Assembly (NCBI GenBank): GCA_041664165.1
Contig: JBAYLH010000004.1
Location: forward strand, 11,974-75,973
Reading direction: 5' to 3'
DNA: 64,000 nucleotides
DNA from: Candidatus Buchananbacteria bacterium
Lineage (GTDB): Bacteria; Patescibacteriota; Patescibacteriia; Buchananbacterales; UBA6539
Position numbers and translations under genes: made by a program. Positions within the stretch are counted from its first letter, which is position 1; each line of letters starts with the position of its first letter. The notes beneath the pieces were generated by a model that searched no databases, was not told where the DNA came from, and saw nothing but the letters and a program-made list of their open reading frames with translations. Below, piece after piece: positions 55,834-64,000 of the stretch.

Positions 55834-57735
55834 TTAAATAATAATCAAAATCGCGACTAGAGTAATAAACCCTAAAGTTGATAAAATAAGATGAGGATAT
55901 TGTTTTTTAATTTCAATAAAAATACTAAGCAACAAAGAAATCACGGCAACAACTAAAATAATTTCATAATACCAGCTGGAAACATCAAAAATCAGCTCAA
56001 CATTTTTTAGCGGATATGATTTAATAAATAAGTATTGCTTGATCAGCGAAGGCTTGACCGGAATAATATTTTCCCAGCCCAAATCAATAGTCTCGGCATT
56101 GCCATACTTGTCCTCAACCGTTAAGCTGGGCAAAGTAATGGTATCAAAAACTTTATTTTCAATATTTTTGTAAACTATCATCTGGCCTTCCCATTCTTGA
56201 AAGCCGCCCGATTCCGATTCGGCCGGCGCTAAAGCAATCCGATAATTATCAAAATTAACTTCCGCTTTAACCGCATCGGAGTTTAAATAGACTATTGCTT
56301 TGATAATCTTATCGGCTTGGTTGGTCGGCGAGACTAAAACCACTTTGCTTTTCTGTAAATCAATTTCCGGCGGCGTGCCGTCAACCATTAATTCATAAAT
56401 CGCTGAACTACTATTTTGTTCACCCTTAATCGCGGTAAACTTAATTTTTTGTTCGCCGCCCGGAAAGCTGACTGAAAAATCAAAAAAATCGCTTTGCCAG
56501 GATTGACGTTTAGCCATTTCGACGCCATTACTATAAAGCGTTACTGTTTCCGCTTTCGGTGCGTAAACGATGAATTTAACCGCTTCATTAATTCCGGCCG
56601 AATTACTGCTTGAAAAAATCATCACCGGCGCGGCTAAAACTTCCTTAATCTCCGGCTGAACCGGCAAAGGCTGTTCTAGTGGTTTTACCGGCGCGGCTAA
56701 AACTGCTTTAACCTCAGGTTTGACTGGTAAAGGTTTTACTACCGGTTTTGCCGGCAGGGTTTGATTGATATTTGCCGGTATCGGTTTCACTGCCACTTTT
56801 GCCGGCGGCGGCACTGGCGCCGGTTTAGCTACATTAGTATTAGTTTTTTGCTCGCTTAAAACATTAGCTGGTTTATTCACCGCCGCATTAACTAGTTGGA
56901 TATTGGTATTAGTTATCGCTGGTTCCGGCTTGACTTGAACTGACGGTTCAACCGGTTTTTCGTTTTCCCGCCAATTACCCGCGCTCGGAGCGGCAAGATA
57001 CTGAGCCACCAAGGTCGTATCGTGCTGATTATAATTGCCGGAAATCATGCCAACGCCAATTTCGGAAAAATCCGGATCAATCAAATTGGCATAATGAGTT
57101 TTGCTTCTCGTCCAGGCCGCCACCACTTCATCGGCGCTGGCAAAACCCATGGCTAAATTTTCCCCGGCCACATCGTATTTATAGCCAATGTTGGCAATCC
57201 AATCGGCTAAATCCTTGTTATCCGGTCCGATATGAGCAAAATATTGATTAATTAGCATGTCTTGAGCCTTGGCAAAAGCGGCTTGGTCTAATAGACTGCT
57301 TTCTTTGACTATCGGCACTTTTAAATTCTGTCTGATCCGATTGGTTAATTCAACGACTCTTCGGCTTTCTTGAACCATTAAATTCGGAGTTAGCCAGGCA
57401 CCGGCCGGAAAAAACAAAACAAAGCCGGTAACAACGGCTTGAACCAGCAAAACCGCCACGGTATAAAAAAGCAGCCGGCGCGGCCTTAAAATATAAGGCT
57501 GATAATTGTTGCCGGCATAAGGAATGAATAAATCTTTTAAATCAAGCGGGTCTAACGGATTACGGCCCTGTTTAACTTCGTCGCCATCGGAAACTCCGTC
57601 TTGATCAGTATCGGGATTATTAGGATCAGTCCCGTAGATATTGATTTCTTCATAATCAGTCAAACCATCCTTATCGCTGTCAATATTCAATAAGTTGATA
57701 TAAACTGGTGATTTTTTTCCTTTATTTCTACTCAT
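55834..57735 (-). CDS. CAP domain protein with N-terminal Ca-binding DxDxDG repeats and Pro-rich linker
   Basis: [10 protein letters not shown]...GTDP..PDTD.DG; YFAH, AGENLA; VKP repeats; C-terminal TMs. Confidence 0.85.
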   Translation of the reverse strand: MSRNKGKKSPVYINLLNIDSDKDGLTDYEEINIYGTDPNNPDTDQDGVSDGDEVKQGRNPLDPLDLKDLFIPYAGNNYQPYILRPRRLLFYTVAVLLVQAVVTGFVLFFPAGAWLTPNLMVQESRRVVELTNRIRQNLKVPIVKESSLLDQAAFAKAQDMLINQYFAHIGPDNKDLADWIANIGYKYDVAGENLAMGFASADEVVAAWTRSKTHYANLIDPDFSEIGVGMISGNYNQHDTTLVAQYLAAPSAGNWRENEKPVEPSVQVKPEPAITNTNIQLVNAAVNKPANVLSEQKTNTNVAKPAPVPPPAKVAVKPIPANINQTLPAKPVVKPLPVKPEVKAVLAAPVKPLEQPLPVQPEIKEVLAAPVMIFSSSNSAGINEAVKFIVYAPKAETVTLYSNGVEMAKRQSWQSDFFDFSVSFPGGEQKIKFTAIKGEQNSSSAIYELMVDGTPPEIDLQKSKVVLVSPTNQADKIIKAIVYLNSDAVKAEVNFDNYRIALAPAESESGGFQEWEGQMIVYKNIENKVFDTITLPSLTVEDKYGNAETIDLGWENIIPVKPSLIKQYLFIKSYPLKNVELIFDVSSWYYEIILVVAVISLLLSIFIEIKKQYPHLILSTLGFITLVAILIII

Positions 57736-57882
57736 TTAAACCTGGTTATTAATGATATTTTTATTAAATCATAATTTAACAAATTTGTCAAATTTTTAAA
57801 AAAAAGACCTCTGGAAATTCTTTTTGGGAATCACCAGAGGCGTAATTGAATTACTTTTGTCCGCAATCCTCCTTTGAGCGGA

Positions 57883-60800
57883 CTAGTGTTGGCGGATGAC
57901 GCTTTGAACCGCCAAACTGTGCGGAATTTCCGGTGGCGTGGTCTGCGCTACCGGGTCATGGCCGCAAAGCGGAACAGATTCACCATTGGCCACCAGAAAC
58001 GCCATGATATCGGTCGCATTGGCATCACTGGAAACCGTGACGATGTTGCACGCCCAACTTCCGTCGGCATTGATCGTCGTCAGCGGGGTCTGCCAGGCGG
58101 GTTTGATGCTCCAGAGAGTGGTCACCTTGATGTATACGGCGATCTTGAACATTGCCGGATCCACGCCGGTTACTACGCCCTGTAGCGAGCCGTTGACGGC
58201 ACCATAAGGCGGTACCGAGGTGAACATAATCCTCGGCGTCCGGTCGACCCAAGCCCGAGCCAAAACCTGCGAATCAGGGATTGACGGCGGGGCTTCGGTG
58301 CCGATGAGTTCCGGCGCCGTAACGTTATTGGCGATCAGAAATGCCAGAATCTCGCCGGCATACTGATCGCGCCCACCTGTAACAATGTTGCACGCCCAGG
58401 TCCTATCGGGGTTGGGAATCGTATAGCGACTCCCGCCGAAGTCCGGCTTGGTCCACCAACGCTTGACGCCGGCATCATCAGCCACGCGGATATAAACGGC
58501 AATCCGCGCCGCTGCCGGATCAATATTCCGGACGTTACCCTGGAGCGAGAAGTCCTCCACATTGCCGAACTCCGGAATGTGGCGGTTAAAGTCAATCGTC
58601 GGCAAGCCGGCTGGGTTGACCGTAACATGGACTACCTGCGAAGCGAAGTTCCCCGAGCTGTCGGTGAGCTTCACCGTGATCGTGGTATTCCCCGCCGTGG
58701 TTTTGGCCGTAACCGTCATCTTGGTTCCCACAATGGAAACCGTGATTAGGCCGCTGTCAAAACCAGTCGCTGACCAAACCGGCGCCGGGTCATAGCTGTC
58801 CGAACCAGCCAAGGTGACTTCAACGGAAGCCTCCTGGTCTAGCGTGATGTCGGCAAGCGGGTTAATAATCGGCCTAGTCGTATCGACGACATACACCGTT
58901 CTCGTCTTCGGTACGGCAACATTGCCAGAACCGTCATGAACGTTGTACGTCAATGCGTGTTGGCCGACGTGATGGATATCGACGGTGCCGGTAATAACTA
59001 TGGCTGCCGTCAAATTGCCATCATTGTCATCGGTGGCGGTTGCTCCGGGATCCGTATATTGCGCCGCGGAATTAACCTCCACAGTTTGCGGATTTTGTCC
59101 CAAAAGCGTAATCACCGGCGGCGTCGTATCCGCAGCGCGAACCACATGAACGACCCGAGTCGCTGTTGCCGTGTTGCCGGCCGCATCAGACACCGTATAG
59201 GTAATCGTGTAATTACCGACCACCGAAGTATTCACCGTGCTGACATAGGTAATGTTGGTGCTAATGTCGCCGTCATAGTTGTCGACGGCATGTGCTCCCA
59301 GGTGTGGATATGAGCCAGAACCAACCAGCACGGTATCCGGGTTATAACCCAAAATCGTAATGACCGGTGGCGTGGTGTCCGTAGCGCGAACGACGTGAAC
59401 CATGCGCGTTACCGGCATGGCTGAGTTACCGGCGGTATCGCTGACGTTGTAGGTCAGCACATAGTTGCCGATTACGGTCATGTTGACCGTACCAGCAACC
59501 ACGATCCGGCTCGTGATATTGCCATCGACATCGTCGGTGGCGGTTGCACCCGGGTCACTGAAATGGGATGCGGAGTAGACCTCGACAGTCATTTCCGCCG
59601 TTCCCAATCTGGTGATAACCGGCGGGATGATATCTCTGCCAACACCACGGTTAACCCAGACGTACGCCACGGCGCCGAAATCTTCCGGCGTCGGCAACGT
59701 TGTCTGACCGTTTAAGGTGGGCACTACGCACCAGAAAGGCACCAGGTAGGCCCAGATTTCGGTCGCGTTCTGATCGTTACCGCCTGTCGTAATGTCACAG
59801 GCCCAACGACCGTCGCTACCGATATCGCTTAGCGGGTTTCCAAACGATGGTTTAGTCCACCACCCGCCGCCGACACGCTCGACTACGGCCACTCGGAATA
59901 GCTCCTGATGGATGCTGGAAGCCACGCCTTTAAGAATACCTTCCGTATCGCCGTAAACTGGCACATACGTGAAGGCGATCAGCGGCACACGGCTAATAGC
60001 GACCGACGCAACCGCGTCATCAAGGCACGGAATATCACCGCCGCAAACCGCTTTGGTCGGCCTGATCTCGCAGGGAACAGAAGTTCCCACAGGAACCAGA
60101 TATGCGATAACTTGCGATGCCCTCTCATCGTCAGGCATCATCGTGATGTCGCACGACCAGGTCCCGTCGGTATTTACTAGTACCAAGACACCACAGTTCG
60201 GTTTCAAGTGCAGGACACCATCTACTTTTTTAATGTAAACGGCGACGCGGTAATTGCCGAGCTGAGCCGACGGAATTCCGGTAATGACTCCGTGAGCCAT
60301 ACCATTCTGGTCGCCGTAGGCCGAAACCTCAGTGAAGTTAATGCTACCGTTGGTATCGTAGTCGCCATGATCAACCGGCACTCTCACCGCGTATGCCGAG
60401 GCCAAAGTACCAGCGACGTACGGCTGCTGCCCAATTGAAGTACTAGGCAGCACTGCTGTCTTGGGAACGACTACGGCCAGATACTGATCGGCCAAATGGT
60501 CGCTACCGCCCGTGGTCACATCGGTTCCCCAGTTACCGCCGATAATCGGCGTAAAACCGGCTTGGCCGTAACCTGGCTTGATATACCAAACACCTTGGTA
60601 AGACAGGTAGACGGCGACGGCATAGTTACTGAGCTGGTCAACCGGAACGCCGGTAACCACCCCGTACAAGATGCCGTTAAGATCGCCGAATTCCGGAACA
60701 TCCGTGAATCTGATGTTCACGTTTTCGACTGTTCCGGGTTGACCAGGAATGGGATCGAGAAATACCTCCGCCGGCACAAACTGCCGCGGCGGTACCTCGT

Positions 60801-61344
60801 TGGAAATCCCAGTCACCCTGACTTTGTAGGTGCCGGGGTCGAGGTTTTCGAATACGGCAAACAGATAGGCTCCGTCGCCGTGAACAATTTCCATTGTCTG
60901 CACCCTCGCCGTCACCGAGGTAACATTGAGTTGGTGTGACATCGCGTACGCGTATGGAAGCGGAAAATACCGCCCCTGATAGTCATACACATAGTAACAT
61001 CCTTGGAACCAGTAAACGGGCTGATTTTGATAATTCATGTCCACGCGATGAAGCGTGACATTTTCCACGACCCCGAATTGGGTCGTGTATACCGCGTCCT
61101 CGGGCATCCATTGCCCGGCCGCGGAGAGGGACATCAGTTGGAACGTCACCTTCTGGACGTTGTCGTTTTTGACAAACGCCCGCGCGTCCCAGGTGCCATC
61201 AGGCCGCTGAACCGTATCCGCTTCGTAATCAAAAGCCGGAGCCGGTGTTACTTGTTGAACCGGCGGGCAGCCCGGAAGCACACCCGCGACGATAAACATC
61301 ATCGCCAGTAACACTGTCATTCTCAGTATCTTCATCTTGGTCAC
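57883..61344 (-). CDS. 1153-aa lipoprotein with three DUF5011/HYR-like Ig domains and five copies of a WWTKP/TTGG repeat domain
   Basis: Lipobox LPGC; AAGGAG RBS; D.TPPVIT.LG repeats; five FT.VP.YG...VAVY...W..KP...W.C.I.TGG domains. Confidence 0.85.
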   Translation of the reverse strand: MTKMKILRMTVLLAMMFIVAGVLPGCPPVQQVTPAPAFDYEADTVQRPDGTWDARAFVKNDNVQKVTFQLMSLSAAGQWMPEDAVYTTQFGVVENVTLHRVDMNYQNQPVYWFQGCYYVYDYQGRYFPLPYAYAMSHQLNVTSVTARVQTMEIVHGDGAYLFAVFENLDPGTYKVRVTGISNEVPPRQFVPAEVFLDPIPGQPGTVENVNIRFTDVPEFGDLNGILYGVVTGVPVDQLSNYAVAVYLSYQGVWYIKPGYGQAGFTPIIGGNWGTDVTTGGSDHLADQYLAVVVPKTAVLPSTSIGQQPYVAGTLASAYAVRVPVDHGDYDTNGSINFTEVSAYGDQNGMAHGVITGIPSAQLGNYRVAVYIKKVDGVLHLKPNCGVLVLVNTDGTWSCDITMMPDDERASQVIAYLVPVGTSVPCEIRPTKAVCGGDIPCLDDAVASVAISRVPLIAFTYVPVYGDTEGILKGVASSIHQELFRVAVVERVGGGWWTKPSFGNPLSDIGSDGRWACDITTGGNDQNATEIWAYLVPFWCVVPTLNGQTTLPTPEDFGAVAYVWVNRGVGRDIIPPVITRLGTAEMTVEVYSASHFSDPGATATDDVDGNITSRIVVAGTVNMTVIGNYVLTYNVSDTAGNSAMPVTRMVHVVRATDTTPPVITILGYNPDTVLVGSGSYPHLGAHAVDNYDGDISTNITYVSTVNTSVVGNYTITYTVSDAAGNTATATRVVHVVRAADTTPPVITLLGQNPQTVEVNSAAQYTDPGATATDDNDGNLTAAIVITGTVDIHHVGQHALTYNVHDGSGNVAVPKTRTVYVVDTTRPIINPLADITLDQEASVEVTLAGSDSYDPAPVWSATGFDSGLITVSIVGTKMTVTAKTTAGNTTITVKLTDSSGNFASQVVHVTVNPAGLPTIDFNRHIPEFGNVEDFSLQGNVRNIDPAAARIAVYIRVADDAGVKRWWTKPDFGGSRYTIPNPDRTWACNIVTGGRDQYAGEILAFLIANNVTAPELIGTEAPPSIPDSQVLARAWVDRTPRIMFTSVPPYGAVNGSLQGVVTGVDPAMFKIAVYIKVTTLWSIKPAWQTPLTTINADGSWACNIVTVSSDANATDIMAFLVANGESVPLCGHDPVAQTTPPEIPHSLAVQSVIRQH

Positions 61345-61616
61345 TCCTTTTCTTTTGTGCCGTCATTGGCACGTTGGACTCAACCTTGCACCCTCAACAA
61401 ACGCTAAAACCGCCTCATTGGCGGTTCTCATAGCTAACTTTTAGTTTTTCCTTTTTCTCCTTTACTCATACTCATCAAATTGTCAAGCTACCATCCGCAT
61501 CAATCAGCCTTTTATTTTACGCTAATTTTAGTTGTTTTGTCAAGTTAAAGTCTTGTTAAGCTAATAACAAAAATTCTCTGATTTAAGAGAATTTTTGTTG
61601 ATTTGATTATTAAATT

Positions 61617-61955
61617 TTAGTCCTTGGTAATCTTACCCAAAACAAACATGATTATTGACAAAACAAGACTGAATAACAGCGCCCATAAAAACCCGGCCAC
61701 TTTAAATCCGGGCACAATCGCGCCAGTCAGCATTACCAAAGCGGCATTAATCACCAAGGTGAATAAGCCAAGCGTCAAAACATTAATCGGCAAAGTCAGG
61801 ATTACCAAAACCGGTTTCAAAATCGCGTTAAGCAAACCTAAAATCAAAGCGGCCACCAGCGCGGCGAAAATATCAGTAATCGCAATACCAGGCAATAAAT
61901 AAGCCGTGATAATAACGGCCAAAGTTGCCACTAACCATTTGAGTAAAAATTTCAT
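61617..61955 (-). CDS. Phage holin family (YvlD/DUF360) membrane protein
   Basis: LN..LKP.L..LTLP...LTLGLF..VINA. Confidence 0.9.
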   Translation of the reverse strand: MKFLLKWLVATLAVIITAYLLPGIAITDIFAALVAALILGLLNAILKPVLVILTLPINVLTLGLFTLVINAALVMLTGAIVPGFKVAGFLWALLFSLVLSIIMFVLGKITKD

Positions 61956-61965
61956 ATATTTAAAA

Positions 61966-63213
61966 TTAATTTAAGCCGATAATTGAAGAAAAAACCAAAA
62001 CCACGGTCGCGGCGATGATGCCAAAAATTGTCGCCCAAGAGATTAGATTATCAAACCAGCTATTAACTTGTTCGCCCATAATCCTTTTATTATTAATAAT
62101 CAGCATCACGAAAATTAGAATAAACGGCAGTAAAATTCCATTGACATCCTGGGATAAAATCATAATATTGATTAAAGAAATTTTGGGAATAATGACGATT
62201 AGCGCCGGAATTAAGATGCTGGCGGCAATAATTGAATAAAAGGCCTTGGCATCTTTCCACTTCGTATTAAAACCATATTCCCAGCCAGCGGCCTCGCAAA
62301 TCGCATAAGCCGTGGCCGTCGGTAAAATAAAAGCCCCTAAAACCGAGGCGGCAAATAAGCCAAAAGCGAATAAGACCTCGGCTAAATGTCCGGCTAGCGG
62401 CTCAAGGGCAATGGCGGCATCTTTGGCGTCGGTAATTCTGATGCCATGTTGGTATAAAGTTGCCGCCGTACAAATAATAATAAAAAAACTGACAATGTCA
62501 GTGATAAAAGCGCCCAGATAAACTTCCGCTTTTTCCGCCTTGTAATGTTTAATTTCCAAACCCTTGTCGACCACGTAAGACTGAATAAAAAACTGGCCCC
62601 AAGGAGTAATCGTGGTGCCAATTAAAGCAATCATGGTGAGTAAAAACGGCGTCGTCCATTCAAGAGTCGGCTTGAACATACTCGCAAAAGCCTGGCCGAA
62701 ATCGGGTTTAATAATAAAACCGTTGATAATGTAAACAATGTAAAAGGCCGAAAAAATCAAAAAAATCTTTTGCGTCGTTTTGAAAGAACCTTTGTACAAA
62801 ATAAACCAGATGATAAAAGCGGCAATCGGCACGGCGACATATTTGGAAATTCCTAAAATTGAAAGCGAAGCGCCAATCCCGGCGAATTCGGCCGTCATTG
62901 TTCCTAAATTGGCAATTAGCATGGTAACCATGGCAAAGGCGGTCCAGCGAACGCCGAAATTTTCCCGAATGATCCCGCCCAAACCCTGGCGCGTTACCAG
63001 CCCGATTCGAATTCCCATTTCCTGAGTTACCGCCAAAGAAAAAGTGATCAGTAAAAGCACCCAAAGCATTTTGGTGCCGAAATGGGCGCCGACAATCGAA
63101 TAAGTGGTAATGCCGCCGGCATCATTATCAGCATTGGCGGAAATAATACCGGGGCCAACCACGCTAAAGAAAAATAATAATTTTATCCAGTTGCGCCGTA
63201 ACTTTTTTTTCAT
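61966..63213 (-). CDS. NRAMP-family divalent metal transporter
   Basis: GPGII...ADNDAGGI.TY, QEM..R, GTTITPW..F. Confidence 0.9.
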   Translation of the reverse strand: MKKKLRRNWIKLLFFFSVVGPGIISANADNDAGGITTYSIVGAHFGTKMLWVLLLITFSLAVTQEMGIRIGLVTRQGLGGIIRENFGVRWTAFAMVTMLIANLGTMTAEFAGIGASLSILGISKYVAVPIAAFIIWFILYKGSFKTTQKIFLIFSAFYIVYIINGFIIKPDFGQAFASMFKPTLEWTTPFLLTMIALIGTTITPWGQFFIQSYVVDKGLEIKHYKAEKAEVYLGAFITDIVSFFIIICTAATLYQHGIRITDAKDAAIALEPLAGHLAEVLFAFGLFAASVLGAFILPTATAYAICEAAGWEYGFNTKWKDAKAFYSIIAASILIPALIVIIPKISLINIMILSQDVNGILLPFILIFVMLIINNKRIMGEQVNSWFDNLISWATIFGIIAATVVLVFSSIIGLN

Positions 63214-63227
63214 AATAAAATCGAGTT

Positions 63228-64000
63228 TTAAGCCTGAGGGGCAAAAGTTCTCATCACGTCGTCAATATAGACAACGCCCAAAAGCCGCCGTTTTTTATCC
63301 AAAACCACCGCCGTAAACAAATTGTATTTAGTCATAATATCGACAATCTCGGTAAATTTTTGGTTTGGTTTTAAAATTGACGTGGCGGGAAACAGTTTTA
63401 ATAATTCTTTAAGATTTTTTTCGGGTTCGGAAATAATCAGCCGCCGCAAAGAAACGGCTCCGTAAAAATGCTGGTCAACGTCAGTAACGTAAATATACAA
63501 AATCGAACGAAACTTCGGCGAAGCTAATTTAATTTCTTCAATGGTTTGTTTTACCGTCCATTCCGGCCGAACCGTCATATAATCCAAACTCATCAAGCCG
63601 CCGGCCGTATCGTCGGGATAAGAAATCAAACTTTCGACTTCTTGCGCCACTCCCGACTGCAATTGCGACAGATAAGTTTTTACTTCTTCTTTGGATAAAG
63701 TCTTCATCAAATCGACCACCTCATCGATTGACATCTGGGATAAAATCTTAGTCACTTGCTCGGGACTTAAAAACTTCACCATGTTTTTTTGAAGGCGCGG
63801 ATCCACTTCTTCAAAAACTTTGGCGGCTCTTTTTGCATCCAAAGAAGTAACCAGCTGGCTGCCTTGTTTAATATTCAAATCCTCGATAATATTGGCCAAA
63901 TCGGCCGGATGAAGTCTGTTCAAATCTTTGGAACCAATGTCTAATTTTAAAACTCCTTTAACCGGCTGAGTTTCGCGCCAGTCGATTAAATGAACTTTAA
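63228..64000 (-). CDS. MgtE N-terminal / CBS domain protein, 5' end beyond the window
   Basis: LHPADLA.I.E, Y..DTAGGLM, CBS pair; frame remains open to the window edge. Confidence 0.88.
   Translation of the reverse strand, partial: KVHLIDWRETQPVKGVLKLDIGSKDLNRLHPADLANIIEDLNIKQGSQLVTSLDAKRAAKVFEEVDPRLQKNMVKFLSPEQVTKILSQMSIDEVVDLMKTLSKEEVKTYLSQLQSGVAQEVESLISYPDDTAGGLMSLDYMTVRPEWTVKQTIEEIKLASPKFRSILYIYVTDVDQHFYGAVSLRRLIISEPEKNLKELLKLFPATSILKPNQKFTEIVDIMTKYNLFTAVVLDKKRRLLGVVYIDDVMRTFAPQA

Noticed and set aside
57874-61311. Many plus-strand ORFs opposite the 1153-aa gene
   Set aside because: Expected antisense shadow ORFs in GC-rich coding DNA.
61617-61955. Prophage inferred from the 'phage holin family' gene
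   Set aside because: The YvlD/DUF360 family is commonly chromosomal and no phage genes are nearby.

Overview
A 64-kb chromosomal segment that looks like a small-genome CPR/Patescibacteria (Parcubacteria-type) bacterium. This is inferred from gene content (DUF4012, membrane-anchored Clp ATPase, CAP proteins, PduL+AckA), the standard genetic code and the repeat types. Almost all genes lie on the minus strand. Housekeeping genes: a purF-like gene, tgt, recJ, lepA, murJ, ackA, pduL, dnaX (1-nt frameshift), ybaB/ebfC, rplY and rodA. There are also two glycosylation clusters, several repeat-rich surface proteins, a GC-rich 1153-aa lipoprotein and an NRAMP/MgtE-like pair. The most striking feature is the RNase P RNA gene (rnpB, about 19025-19820, +). 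It is about 800 nt because a complete GIY-YIG endonuclease ORF sits inside helix P3 between perfect 14-bp inverted repeats, and related ORF-less hairpins occupy P12 and P19, with further inserts in P9 and L13. Short palindromic elements also interrupt a nested, fragmented second copy of tRNA-Gln, sit in-frame inside tgt, and abut the start codons of a glycosyltransferase, recJ and lepA. Three orphan, highly structured intergenic transcripts (two with near-perfect promoters) are ncRNA candidates. All calls are by eye; no database searches were run.
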